This document shows, piece after piece, positions 32,308-42,383 of a stretch of DNA of 45,313 nt. Where the stretch lies: assembly GCF_003334315.1 (NCBI RefSeq), contig NZ_QOWR01000038.1; one strand, given 5' to 3'. The position numbers and the translations under genes were made by a program. The notes below the pieces were generated by a model that saw only the letters and a program-made list of their open reading frames with translations, did no database searches and had not been told where the DNA came from. This DNA is from Escherichia coli (GTDB lineage Bacteria; Pseudomonadota; Gammaproteobacteria; Enterobacterales; Enterobacteriaceae). Each line of letters starts with the position of its first letter. Positions within the stretch are counted from its first letter, which is position 1.

Positions 32308-33729
32308 CTAGCCTAAAGAAACTATTTTTCCTAAAATATCAACAACATATTTTTTTGCGATAGCTTCATCTGACGATTCCGCATAGCAACGTAATTCCGG
32401 GGCATTACCTGATGGTCGCAAATGAAAAATGTCACCATTTGAAAGGCAGAATCGCGCGCCATCTGTTTGATCGATATGAGTACAACTTACTGAATCGATT
32501 CCCATTTTTTCCAAGAATTGTGCAGGAGCAGCGATTGCTCCGTCGATGATTTGACGGCTCGTTTCTGAGGGGAAATTTTTAATTCGGTCAGACCAGGTAA
32601 AACGCCGAGGCAATTTCTTTATCAATTGCGAAATTTCCCCTTTACTAGAAGCAACTAGCAGCATCAGTGCCGGTAAAACAGCATCGCGGGTGGGTAGAGA
32701 CGCTAAAGTTTTATTGTTAACTTGTAGATCAGATGCTAGCAAAAAACCGCCATTGGCCTCAAAGCCAGCGACTGCATTATATTTTTCAATTAGACTCTCA
32801 AAGCCTGCGATAACATACGGTGACCCAATTTTTGTTCTTTTAACTAATTCAAACTTCTGTGAGCATTCTATCGCAGTATTACAGCTTACCGGAACTGCCA
32901 GAGCGTTAATATTTAATTCTGCCGCAGCCAATAAACCAAGAATATCGCCCCGTAACCATTCCCCATTTTCATCTGAAACAAGCGGGCGATCACCATCACC
33001 ATCAGTTGAAAAAATAGCATCAAGGTTAAACTCAGCTGACCAACTCTTAGCACGCGCCCGATCTTCATCGCTTACAGCCTCAGTATCGATAGGCACAAAT
33101 TCATCGCTTCGGCCAAAAGAAATAACTTCCGCACCCAACGCACGGAATAATGGAGCGTACAAGTCGCGCCCAGCGCTTGAGTGCTCATAAATTCCCAAAC
33201 GCTTACCATCCAGTATTTTATTTTCAAATAATGAAACGTAGCGTGAAATATAAGCTTCAGCTCCGGCTGTATTTAATTGTAACTCAGGGAGTTCAAAGAC
33301 CCTTTCAAATTCATGTTTGCAACTTACAATAGCCGACTCATCGTTTTTAGAAATTTCACCATCCGGTCGATAAAACTTCAACCCATTACGATCAAATGGT
33401 ATATGGCTTCCAGTTACCATAATACACGGTATATTTTTCTGCATTGAATAATAGGCTAAAGCAGGCGTTGGTATGACACCATGGTACTCCACATCAAATC
33501 CCATTTTCTTAATCGCGTAAGCACAAGCCTGAGCGATTTCATAACTGCTTGGGCGATTATCGATGGCAAGCGCTACGGTTTTGAAATCGAAATGATTTCT
33601 AATGACTGCTAGAAAACTATGCGTAAACGCTGCACAAACATCATGTGTAAAATCAACAACTAGACCGCGAGCACCGCTAGTACCGAAAGCGATACGACTC
33701 TCACTGATAACTGTATTAGTACTTAACAT
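32308..33729 (-). CDS. manB: Phosphomannomutase (alpha-D-phosphohexomutase superfamily), divergent subtype
   Basis: Catalytic loop [11 protein letters not shown], metal loop [11 protein letters not shown], sugar loop GFEANGG and phosphate loop [10 protein letters not shown]. Last gene of the GDP-mannose/fucose module. The ATG at 33729 is preferred; a GTG at 33738 (track start) is possible. Confidence 0.85.
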   Translation of the reverse strand: MLSTNTVISESRIAFGTSGARGLVVDFTHDVCAAFTHSFLAVIRNHFDFKTVALAIDNRPSSYEIAQACAYAIKKMGFDVEYHGVIPTPALAYYSMQKNIPCIMVTGSHIPFDRNGLKFYRPDGEISKNDESAIVSCKHEFERVFELPELQLNTAGAEAYISRYVSLFENKILDGKRLGIYEHSSAGRDLYAPLFRALGAEVISFGRSDEFVPIDTEAVSDEDRARAKSWSAEFNLDAIFSTDGDGDRPLVSDENGEWLRGDILGLLAAAELNINALAVPVSCNTAIECSQKFELVKRTKIGSPYVIAGFESLIEKYNAVAGFEANGGFLLASDLQVNNKTLASLPTRDAVLPALMLLVASSKGEISQLIKKLPRRFTWSDRIKNFPSETSRQIIDGAIAAPAQFLEKMGIDSVSCTHIDQTDGARFCLSNGDIFHLRPSGNAPELRCYAESSDEAIAKKYVVDILGKIVSLG

Positions 33730-33734
33730 GTTGT

Positions 33735-34481
33735 TCACTTTTTAATAAATTGTGGAAGTTTTGATAGATTTTTATATATCAAAGCTAATGGCCATATAAT
33801 TCCGTTAGTCTTCATAATACGTATATCTTCCATTGATTTATTTATCATGGATGATAAGGAGCGGTTACTAATGCCACCGACTCGCATTTTCACCAATACT
33901 TTAGGTAAATAGGAAATATTTATTCGTTTTTTTAAAATGTAACGCAGTAGAGAATCATAATCGGCAGAAATGCGATAGTCGAGAGAAAAATCACCAAACT
34001 TTTGATAACAGGAACGTTTCATATAAAATGAGGGATGAGGCGGCATCCACCCTAGTTGCATTTTTGTACGGTTATACGCTCCGCTTTTCCAGAGTCTGAC
34101 TCGCTTAGTCGTATCATTTTGAGATACATATTCTAAATCGCCATAGACGGCATCACAATGAGTCTTAGCAAATGTCTCCGCTATATCTGCAATAACATCA
34201 TCATAGGCAAGCAAATCGTCAGAATGCAAGAACCCAATAATATCACCCGTCGCTGCATTTATACCTTTATTAAGGGCATCATAAATTCCCTTATCTGCCT
34301 CACAAATGATTTTACTTACTTTCGTGCAATTTTGATTTATAAGTTCTATGGTGGCGTCTTTCGATGCACCGTCTACGATAATATATTCAATATCTGGATA
34401 GGATTGCCTCTCTAACGAAATTAATGTATCTCGTAAAGTGCTCTCGCTATTGTATGTAGCCGTAATGATTGAAATACGCAT
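33735..34481 (-). CDS. Family 2 glycosyltransferase (WcaE-like, about 248 aa)
   Basis: N-terminal GT-A signature [40 protein letters not shown] ... HSDD (DxD-like). Its start overlaps the manC stop by 1 nt (TGATG). Confidence 0.85.
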   Translation of the reverse strand: MRISIITATYNSESTLRDTLISLERQSYPDIEYIIVDGASKDATIELINQNCTKVSKIICEADKGIYDALNKGINAATGDIIGFLHSDDLLAYDDVIADIAETFAKTHCDAVYGDLEYVSQNDTTKRVRLWKSGAYNRTKMQLGWMPPHPSFYMKRSCYQKFGDFSLDYRISADYDSLLRYILKKRINISYLPKVLVKMRVGGISNRSLSSMINKSMEDIRIMKTNGIIWPLALIYKNLSKLPQFIKK

Positions 34482-35896
34482 CAGTATCCTACTCCAGATG
34501 ATGATACACGAACAACATCATCCTCTTGCAAATAGACTCCAGACCTAACCTCTATAATTTCCAAGGGAATTTTACCGGGGTTCTCGATTGCATGAGGTAT
34601 ACCAACAGGTATATAAGTCGATTCATTCTCGGCGACCAAATAGGTTTTATCATCAAGATGAACTTTAGCTGTTCCAGAAACAACTACCCAATGTTCAGTA
34701 CGATGATAATGAATTTGCTTAGCGGTGATATGACCAGGTTGTACAATAACTTGTTTAACCTGATAACGTTCTCCTTCAGCTATAGTATCATGGCTTCCCC
34801 ATGGACGAAAAATTTCACGATGCTGCAAATATTCTGAACGTTGATTCTTTTTAAGTTGAGCAACAATATTTTTGACTTGTTGAACTTTGTCTTTATGCGC
34901 GACAAGTACCGCATCTTTTGTTTCAACAACAACGAGATCTTTAATTCCTACAGCACCAATAAGACGATGTTGTGAATAAAGATAGCTATCAGTGGTGTCT
35001 TCAACAAGTACATCACCGCGAATAGCGTTACCACTTTGATCTTTTAGACTAATTTCCCATAAGGCTGACCATGAACCGACATCACTCCATTGAGCGCTGA
35101 GTGGCATCACAACAGCTTCTGCTGTTTTCTCCATTACGGCATAATCAATTGATTCTTCAGGACAACAAGTAAAAGAAGCGCCATCAATACGGATAAAATC
35201 CAAATCCTGCATCGAGTTGTCTAATGCATTTTGACATGCGGTTAAAATATCGGGCCTGAATTTTTTTAATTCATTAATAAATACAGATGCCTTGAACATA
35301 AACATGCCACTATTCCAAAGATAACCACCATCGGTTAAATATTCTTTAGCGAGTTCAAGTTTCGGTTTTTCCACGAAGGCTGCAACTTTATAGCCATCCT
35401 GGCCAGTATTACTCAATACTTCTCCTGTTTTGATATAACCGTATCCTGTTTCTGGGGAAGTCGGGACAATACCAAAAGTAACTAACTTCCCTTTTTCAGC
35501 AAATTCTTTCGCTGCAAGCATAGCCTGTGTAAAATGATCTTGATCCTGAATCTCGTGATCGGCAGCCAAAACGAGAAGAATAGGATCCTCCCCAGAGGTT
35601 TGTGCCTGAAGAGCTGCAAGCGCAACCGCCGGAGCAGTATTACGCCCTTCAGGTTCAAGCAAAATACCACTGTGCTGTAAACCTTCTTTACGCAACTGTT
35701 CAGCGACAATGAAACGATGCGATTCATTGCAAATAACCAGTGCAGGATCATGTTCAACATCATCAAGTCGACGCAACGTTTCCTGCAACATTGTTAAACG
35801 GCTATTTAAAGAAAGGAATTGCTTCGGATACAATGTGCGTGAAAGAGGCCACAGTCGGGTCCCTGAGCCACCGGCCATTACGACGGGAAGGAGCAT
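34481..35896 (-). CDS. manC: Mannose-1-phosphate guanylyltransferase (bifunctional type II PMI/GMP architecture)
   Basis: 471 aa with N-terminal [20 protein letters not shown] (nucleotidyltransferase G-loop) and a C-terminal cupin ([19 protein letters not shown]). Confidence 0.93.
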   Translation of the reverse strand: MLLPVVMAGGSGTRLWPLSRTLYPKQFLSLNSRLTMLQETLRRLDDVEHDPALVICNESHRFIVAEQLRKEGLQHSGILLEPEGRNTAPAVALAALQAQTSGEDPILLVLAADHEIQDQDHFTQAMLAAKEFAEKGKLVTFGIVPTSPETGYGYIKTGEVLSNTGQDGYKVAAFVEKPKLELAKEYLTDGGYLWNSGMFMFKASVFINELKKFRPDILTACQNALDNSMQDLDFIRIDGASFTCCPEESIDYAVMEKTAEAVVMPLSAQWSDVGSWSALWEISLKDQSGNAIRGDVLVEDTTDSYLYSQHRLIGAVGIKDLVVVETKDAVLVAHKDKVQQVKNIVAQLKKNQRSEYLQHREIFRPWGSHDTIAEGERYQVKQVIVQPGHITAKQIHYHRTEHWVVVSGTAKVHLDDKTYLVAENESTYIPVGIPHAIENPGKIPLEIIEVRSGVYLQEDDVVRVSSSGVGY

Positions 35897-35901
35897 ATCT
35901 A

Positions 35902-36363
35902 TTACCTTGAAAGAAAATAATTTTTGGTGTATTGATGAACCAATGTATTGGTGAGCAATGTTTCTACATCAAACCACTGATAAGCACTATGCTGTTTTGT
36001 TGGAAAGGTAAGCTTTTCATTTTGAAGGTGAATTTCATATCCATGCACTACATAATGCGTGGTAAAATCTTCACCTGAGAAATTATCATCGTAAAAATGC
36101 TCAAATATTCCCATGAAGAGCGCTTTCTTTATAGGAATATCGACACCCAATTCATCTAATGTGATTCGCTTAAATGCTTTTTCGAAAGACTCATCTTTGT
36201 AAATTCGTCCCCCAGGCACAAACCAAAAATTTTGTGCAGGACGATTTTGGCGCTGCCCAAGCAACGCCATTCCTTCACCATTTCTTATGATGAGATCTAT
36301 CGAGATTAGGGGAGTATTTTCAACAATTGATTTAAATAATTGCTGTTCTAATCTCTTATTCAT
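35902..36363 (-). CDS. gmm: GDP-mannose mannosyl hydrolase (Nudix)
   Basis: Nudix-like box [23 protein letters not shown]. The ATG at 36363 ([10 protein letters not shown]) lies 2 nt after the fcl stop; the track ORF starts 13 codons further upstream, inside fcl. Confidence 0.85.
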   Translation of the reverse strand: MNKRLEQQLFKSIVENTPLISIDLIIRNGEGMALLGQRQNRPAQNFWFVPGGRIYKDESFEKAFKRITLDELGVDIPIKKALFMGIFEHFYDDNFSGEDFTTHYVVHGYEIHLQNEKLTFPTKQHSAYQWFDVETLLTNTLVHQYTKNYFLSR

Positions 36364-36365
36364 GA

Positions 36366-37331
36366 TTAGCCTCGAAATGAATTTAGATTTGCAAGATACC
36401 ATTCATAGGTTAATGCCAAACCATCATGGAGGGTATAGTTATAACTCCATCCTAGATTCTTTAAACGTGTGACATCCATAAGTTTACGCGGGGTACCATC
36501 AGGTTTAGTTTTATCAAACACTACTTGACCTTTATAACCAACTACAGCAGCCATCGTCTCAGCCATTTCACGAATAGTGCAATCGATACCAGTACCCACA
36601 TTGATGTGCGAGAGCATTGGTTGAGTATTTTCTTGATATATTTTATCTTCTAGTTCCATAACATGAATGGATGCGGCAGCCATATCATCGACATATAAAA
36701 ACTCACGCATGGGTGTACCAGAACCCCATACAACAACCTCAGAAGCATCTGACTCTTTAGCTTCATGGAAACGGCGCATGAGGGCAGGAATAACATGCGA
36801 ATTTTCCGGATGAAAATTATCATTCATACCATAAAGATTTGTGGGCATAACACTACGGTAATCCCTACCGTACTGGCGATTATATGATTCGCATAATTTA
36901 ATTCCGGCTATCTTCGCAATTGCATATGGCTCATTTGTCTGTTCTAAAACCCCAGTCAGTAAAGCTGATTCTTTCATTGGTTGCTCAGCATATTTTGGAT
37001 AGATACAACTTGAGCCTAAAAAAAGAAGCTTCTGTATACCAGCCATATGTGCTGAATGAATGATATTGCTCTCAATCATTAAGTTCTGGTAAATAAATTC
37101 GGCAGGATAGGTGTTATTTGCATGAATCCCCCCAACCTTAGCCGCCGCTAAATAGACTTGGTCGATATTATCATTTTCGAAAAATGTCTGAACATCAATC
37201 TGCTTCGTAAGATCTAATTCAGTGTGTGTTTTAGTGATTAACTCTACATCATCACGTAAGCTTAGCTCTCGACAAATTGCAGAGCCGACCATCCCCCGAT
37301 GTCCAGCAACATAGATCCGTTTTTTGCTCAT
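36366..37331 (-). CDS. fcl: GDP-L-fucose synthase (GDP-4-keto-6-deoxymannose 3,5-epimerase/4-reductase)
   Basis: 321 aa, the same length as E. coli Fcl. N-terminal Rossmann motif [15 protein letters not shown]; SDR catalytic region with YAIAK. Confidence 0.93.
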   Translation of the reverse strand: MSKKRIYVAGHRGMVGSAICRELSLRDDVELITKTHTELDLTKQIDVQTFFENDNIDQVYLAAAKVGGIHANNTYPAEFIYQNLMIESNIIHSAHMAGIQKLLFLGSSCIYPKYAEQPMKESALLTGVLEQTNEPYAIAKIAGIKLCESYNRQYGRDYRSVMPTNLYGMNDNFHPENSHVIPALMRRFHEAKESDASEVVVWGSGTPMREFLYVDDMAAASIHVMELEDKIYQENTQPMLSHINVGTGIDCTIREMAETMAAVVGYKGQVVFDKTKPDGTPRKLMDVTRLKNLGWSYNYTLHDGLALTYEWYLANLNSFRG

Positions 37332-37333
37332 TG

Positions 37334-38452
37334 TTAACGCTCCAGGGATACTGCTACGTCGTACCCATGGCTTTTAAGGAGCGCATGTTGTTTTGCTTTA
37401 GCCAAATCTCCAGCGACCATTTCAGCACACAACTCTTCAACGGTGATTTCAGGCACCCAGCCTAGGACTTTTTTCGCCTTAGCAGGGTCGCCAAGTAGCG
37501 TTTCAACTTCTGCAGGGCGGAAGTAACGAGGGTCAACGCGTACAATAACATCACCTACGTTTACACCAACAGCGCAATCCGAGGTTTTATTAACAACCGT
37601 GGCAATCTCATCAATCCCCGTACCGGTAAACTCAAGTTCCAGGCCAACTTCTTTCGCAGACATACGAACAAATTCACGAACAGATATTTGTTTACCGGTT
37701 GCAATAACGAAATCTTCCGGTTGTTCCTGCTGCAGCATCATCCATTGCATGCGAACATAATCCCTGGCATGACCCCAATCGCGTAACGAATCCATATTCC
37801 CAAGATGCAGACAATTTTCAATGCCTTGCGAAATATTAGCAATCGCACGAGTAATTTTACGTGTTACAAACGTCTCACCACGACGCGGTGATTCATGGTT
37901 AAACAGAATGCCATTGCAAGCGTACATGCCATAAGATTCACGGTAGTTAATAGTGATCCAATAAGCATAAAGCTTCGCTACTGCGTACGGCGAACGCGGA
38001 TAGAAAGGGGTAGTTTCTTTCTGAGGAATTTCCTGGACTAAGCCGTATAATTCAGATGTTGAAGCTTGGTAAAAGCGTGTCTTCTTTTCCAACCCACAAA
38101 TACGAATAGCTTCGAGCAGACGTAAAGTTCCCATTGCATCGACATCTGCAGTATATTCAGGGGATTCAAATGAAACGGCAACATGTGATTGAGCTCCAAG
38201 ATTGTAAACCTCATCCGGACTGATATCTTTAATTAACCGGACTAAGTTTGAGGTATCAGTAAGATCACCATAATGGAGAGTAAAGTTATTATTGCTGCTA
38301 TATGGTGGCTGATATATATGATCGACTCTTTCAGTATTTAAGGAAGAAGCACGGCGTTTTATGCCGTGAACCTGGTAACCTTTCTCCAATAAAAATTCTG
38401 CAAGATAAGAACCATCTTGGCCTGTTACACCAGTAATTAGAGCAACTTTCAT
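37334..38452 (-). CDS. gmd: GDP-mannose 4,6-dehydratase
   Basis: [34 protein letters not shown]... from the ATG at 38452; the track starts at a GTG 3 codons upstream. [10 protein letters not shown] catalytic motif. Confidence 0.94.
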   Translation of the reverse strand: MKVALITGVTGQDGSYLAEFLLEKGYQVHGIKRRASSLNTERVDHIYQPPYSSNNNFTLHYGDLTDTSNLVRLIKDISPDEVYNLGAQSHVAVSFESPEYTADVDAMGTLRLLEAIRICGLEKKTRFYQASTSELYGLVQEIPQKETTPFYPRSPYAVAKLYAYWITINYRESYGMYACNGILFNHESPRRGETFVTRKITRAIANISQGIENCLHLGNMDSLRDWGHARDYVRMQWMMLQQEQPEDFVIATGKQISVREFVRMSAKEVGLELEFTGTGIDEIATVVNKTSDCAVGVNVGDVIVRVDPRYFRPAEVETLLGDPAKAKKVLGWVPEITVEELCAEMVAGDLAKAKQHALLKSHGYDVAVSLER

Positions 38453-38453
38453 A

Positions 38454-39527
38454 TCATTCACCTTTAATTATTTCAGTTATTTTACCAATATAGATTTCTG
38501 GTTTATATTTATCCAGAGCCAACTTTCTGTTTAAATTAGACTTTTCAACTAAATCGGTAGCGGAATATACTACCTTGATTGCTTCCTTAATTGCATATGC
38601 TGATTTCTTAGTAATTAACAGACCATTATCTTCAGAAATCATATCTTCGAGATATTTATGCCTAGATGTTATTATCAAACAACCATATAACATAGCTTCT
38701 ATTATCGATATAGGTTGGGCTTCAGAACGATAAAAAGTGGGCAAAATAAAAACATCGGCATCAATGAGCACTTCTTTTTTAGCTTCACCAGATACTGTCC
38801 CAACATAACTTATGAAATCACTTTTCTTTATTCTATCAAAAAATATTTTTTCAGCTGCTTGTTGGTTTAGAAACTCATCACTTAAAATCTCACCTGCAAT
38901 TACTAAAGATAGATCATAACCCTCTTTCACCAGAGATTTTACAGCGCGTATTAAATGGAATACACCTTTCGAATACATGACATTTGAAAGATATAATATT
39001 TTCAATCCTTTCAACCGTTCCTGTTTATAAAATGTTGACACTGGTCCAGAATAACAATTAGTGACGACACTAACTTTCATTTTGTTATAAATTGCATATT
39101 GTTCTACCATTCTTGGTAAAAGAACAATAGAATGATCAATCAAATTATACACAAAATCTATACCACATCTAAATAAACTACGCTTTGATGCTCTAAATGA
39201 AATAAAATCGGAACCATGCAAATGGTTTATAATTTTCGCACCGAACATTTTACCCAAAAGAATAATATATGCATCGCGTAAAAAACCAAAAGTGGTCCGA
39301 CTGGTAGTAATATATATTTTTTTCTCTTTATTTATATTAGCAATTAAATAAAGAGGATATGCTATAATAATTTTAAGTAATTTTAGCAAAACACAAAAAA
39401 AACCATTTCCTTTTGATTGATAATCAATAAGTATTTTACTACCTTCATAATTCTTATAGATTAGATTAAATGCTACTGATTGCCCTGTTATTCTACCAGA
39501 GGACGGGCCAACAAAAAAAGTCAACAT
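38454..39527 (-). CDS. GT-B fold glycosyltransferase (GT4/GT1-like)
   Basis: 357 aa with a C-terminal EX7E motif ([21 protein letters not shown]). Very AT-rich. The stop lies 1 nt before the gmd ATG. Confidence 0.8.
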   Translation of the reverse strand: MLTFFVGPSSGRITGQSVAFNLIYKNYEGSKILIDYQSKGNGFFCVLLKLLKIIIAYPLYLIANINKEKKIYITTSRTTFGFLRDAYIILLGKMFGAKIINHLHGSDFISFRASKRSLFRCGIDFVYNLIDHSIVLLPRMVEQYAIYNKMKVSVVTNCYSGPVSTFYKQERLKGLKILYLSNVMYSKGVFHLIRAVKSLVKEGYDLSLVIAGEILSDEFLNQQAAEKIFFDRIKKSDFISYVGTVSGEAKKEVLIDADVFILPTFYRSEAQPISIIEAMLYGCLIITSRHKYLEDMISEDNGLLITKKSAYAIKEAIKVVYSATDLVEKSNLNRKLALDKYKPEIYIGKITEIIKGE

Positions 39528-39556
39528 TGTATTAACACCATAAGTTATTTATATAC

Positions 39557-40633
39557 TCATCCAACACTTAGTATTGTTTTATATGGGTAAATGCCTAACC
39601 CACCCTCATTACTTGAAGGGTTCTTAAAAATCATTAATGTAAAATTAATCATCAATACTATAATCAGCATCGTTCGGAGTATCGTCTTGTTTTTTTCGCT
39701 CAACTGCCCAATATATAACAGCGTAATCACAGGAACAAACATAAACAAATCGACTAAACGATTAAAAATATGTATTTGGACAGAAAGCATTACAGCGATT
39801 ACGTAACAATAATTAAGGTATGATATAATATTAATTTCATCCCTGTTACAATTATTGTTTTTAAAACATACGGTGCATAAAAGATATATAACTGAAGGAA
39901 TTATCTTTAATATAACGCCTAATCCAGACCCCATTTCTGTTGGTTGGTTAAACATCGTAAAATCTGAATATACGCCATATTTTGTATTTCTAAATAATGG
40001 GTTACCTAAAATCAACTCTGCGACATTAACTTTTACGACGAGAAAATAAAAACAAACAAGGATAATCAAGCCTAAATAGGGGTTTAAATTAATCCTTTTT
40101 AATAAAATAAATGGTAGTATGATTAAAGCAGAAAGATGAAAGCAAGAACCTATCCCAATATATAATAAAAACTGTTTTTTATTCCCCTCAATTAAAGATA
40201 ATATCGCACACAGTACAAAGGCGACAGCTGCTGTTTGTCTTATCAATGAAAAAGAAGGGAGATACATAACACATATAACGCCAAAGACGCCAAGGAACCC
40301 TCTCATTTTTTTGGTTGAAAATAATGCCGTCAGTGTTATTAATGACATTATCATAAACATCAGTTGAGGTTCTTTTGATATATAATTACTTAGAGTTACG
40401 ACTAAATAAAATCCAACTTCAACATTAGAATTAACAAAGCTATCATGAATAATGTCATTATAAAGTCTAACATAATTCACATAGTCGGTTCCAATGTCAG
40501 TTCGTAAAGCGGATATAACCAAAAGAATTATAAATGTAGATGCAAAAAAGAAGCTATTTTGAACTCTAAATATTGAATTTCGCGGTAAAGAATTCAATAC
40601 TAAGCATGCAGCTAAGATTATTAAATAAAACAC
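39557..40633 (-). CDS. wzy: O-antigen polymerase (EpsG-like polytopic membrane protein)
   Basis: 358 aa with about 10-11 hydrophobic segments and no recognisable enzymatic motif. It sits inside the O-antigen cluster as the second large membrane protein besides wzx. GTG start with an AAGGAAA RBS. Confidence 0.7.
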   Translation of the reverse strand: MFYLIILAACLVLNSLPRNSIFRVQNSFFFASTFIILLVISALRTDIGTDYVNYVRLYNDIIHDSFVNSNVEVGFYLVVTLSNYISKEPQLMFMIMSLITLTALFSTKKMRGFLGVFGVICVMYLPSFSLIRQTAAVAFVLCAILSLIEGNKKQFLLYIGIGSCFHLSALIILPFILLKRINLNPYLGLIILVCFYFLVVKVNVAELILGNPLFRNTKYGVYSDFTMFNQPTEMGSGLGVILKIIPSVIYLLCTVCFKNNNCNRDEINIISYLNYCYVIAVMLSVQIHIFNRLVDLFMFVPVITLLYIGQLSEKNKTILRTMLIIVLMINFTLMIFKNPSSNEGGLGIYPYKTILSVG

Positions 40634-40644
40634 ACAAATTTCCT

Positions 40645-41637
40645 TTAATCAAGTTCATATGATGATTTATTTGGGTAAATCGATGCAAATGCAACATGTA
40701 TTTTATTCTTAGCAACAACAAAGTTTTTAATATCATCATCATCATTTATTACCAATATATTGCTTTTTTTGTTTTCAATCACACTTGTGATCTCGTCAAT
40801 ATTTCCATCAGTAACTGAATAATATTTAGCATATTTATATAAATTAAATGGTTTATAATTCCCAGTACATAATTGCCAATATCTAAAAAGGTATTGATTT
40901 ACATCGTCATTAGTTCTAAATTTCTGCTTTGCAGTCTTGACAAGAATATCTTTTTTTTCCAGCCAAACATCATCAAATGTGCTTTTTAAGTATGGTTGAG
41001 GAAGATGATGATCAAAAAAACCTGTAATACGAGGCCAAGGCATTAATAATAAACTTCGTAAAGATTTTTCAGGATATTTATAAGAAAACACACCCGATAT
41101 ATTTTTCTTAACAACTTCTTTTTTGTTAAAGGATTCGTTAATTTCCTTTATATCGTTCATAATGATATGAGATATATTTCCACAATCAAGAGCATTAAAT
41201 GCAAATGTATCACATGGTATTGTTTTTTTAAAAAAATAGGATTCCGGTATATTCTTTAATGTAAAAAAATCATCATTAAAGTAAATAAATCTCTCTGACA
41301 ACCCCTCAATTTTATGTAAGAATATCTCAATAACATGAGAACTAAAAAGAGGTAAATATTCCGATGGAATGTAATCAGAATGGTTAACAACCTTCAATTT
41401 TTTATTTTTAATATTTAGCCATTCGGGTATGTGTCCACATGTTATAAAATAGATAGTTCTAACCCATGGCATATTTTCTTCTATGCCTCTAAACCAGTAA
41501 CGCATCAAATCCCAATCACGAAAGCGAGACGTCGCTGAATGAGTATCACTGCAAGCAGGTTTATTTTTATAATATTCCTTTTGCCAATCAGGATCGTTAG
41601 AATCAACCCATGGTATAACAATATCTACAGGTTCCAC
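40645..41637 (-). CDS. Stealth-family hexose-1-phosphate transferase (glycosyl-phosphotransferase)
   Basis: All four Stealth conserved regions are visible. CR1: VDIVIPWVDSNDPDW. CR2: MRYWFRGIEENMPWVRTIYFITCGHIPEWL. CR3: FSSHVIEIFLHKIEGLSERFIYFNDDFF. CR4-like: LVINDDDD. GTG start with AAGGAAA 8 nt upstream. Confidence 0.82.
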   Translation of the reverse strand: MEPVDIVIPWVDSNDPDWQKEYYKNKPACSDTHSATSRFRDWDLMRYWFRGIEENMPWVRTIYFITCGHIPEWLNIKNKKLKVVNHSDYIPSEYLPLFSSHVIEIFLHKIEGLSERFIYFNDDFFTLKNIPESYFFKKTIPCDTFAFNALDCGNISHIIMNDIKEINESFNKKEVVKKNISGVFSYKYPEKSLRSLLLMPWPRITGFFDHHLPQPYLKSTFDDVWLEKKDILVKTAKQKFRTNDDVNQYLFRYWQLCTGNYKPFNLYKYAKYYSVTDGNIDEITSVIENKKSNILVINDDDDIKNFVVAKNKIHVAFASIYPNKSSYELD

Positions 41638-41639
41638 TT

Positions 41640-42383
41640 TTATTTCCTTAAACCTAGTTCTCTTAAGAGCTTGGCAAATTTTAATTTTGATATAATATAG
41701 AGCAGATATATTCTATTTAATAATGGAGCATTTCTTTGCTTCGCAATTTTTAATTTTTCTTGAAATAACGCAATTCTTTGTTTTGCAGAAACCCCATTCC
41801 ATTTAAAAATGGAAATATACTGTGGTACAGGATAAAATATAGCACCAGCGTTCAATAAATCTATGCTTAATAAATGGTCAGCACATATTTTATAATTTAA
41901 ATCATATTTATAATGTTTAAGTAAATTGAAGCGATACAGCGTTGATTGATGGCATGCTGGCATATAAATCCATTTTTGATTTATAGACTTAACCTTTTCA
42001 TACTTAAATACTGAACCAGTATCAATAATTACACCGCCACCAATTATATCGGGACTATTCTCGTCATTAACCTGGCTGATCACTTCATTTAATACTTCAT
42101 CTTGATAAAAAACATCACCCGCATTTAAAAAAATAACCCAATCACCAGTTACATATTGTAGTGATTTATTCATCGCATCATATATACCATTATCTTTTTC
42201 ACTTACGACTGTGGTTATTTTATCTTTAAATTTTTCTAGTACATCTAAAGTCCCATCTGTTGATGCACCATCAATAACAATATACTCAATTTCCTTGTAA
42301 GTTTGCTTCAAAACACTATTTATTGTAACTTCAAGATCATTTGCAGCATTGTAAACGACTGTCACTATAGAAATTTTAAACAT
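41640..42383 (-). CDS. Family 2 glycosyltransferase (WcaE-like, about 247 aa), paralogue of 33735-34481
   Basis: ISIVTVVYNAANDLEVTINSVLKQTYKEIEYIVIDGASTDGT ... NAGD. The N-terminal ~100 aa align with the other GT2. The start overlaps the wzx stop by 8 nt. Confidence 0.85.
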   Translation of the reverse strand: MFKISIVTVVYNAANDLEVTINSVLKQTYKEIEYIVIDGASTDGTLDVLEKFKDKITTVVSEKDNGIYDAMNKSLQYVTGDWVIFLNAGDVFYQDEVLNEVISQVNDENSPDIIGGGVIIDTGSVFKYEKVKSINQKWIYMPACHQSTLYRFNLLKHYKYDLNYKICADHLLSIDLLNAGAIFYPVPQYISIFKWNGVSAKQRIALFQEKLKIAKQRNAPLLNRIYLLYIISKLKFAKLLRELGLRK

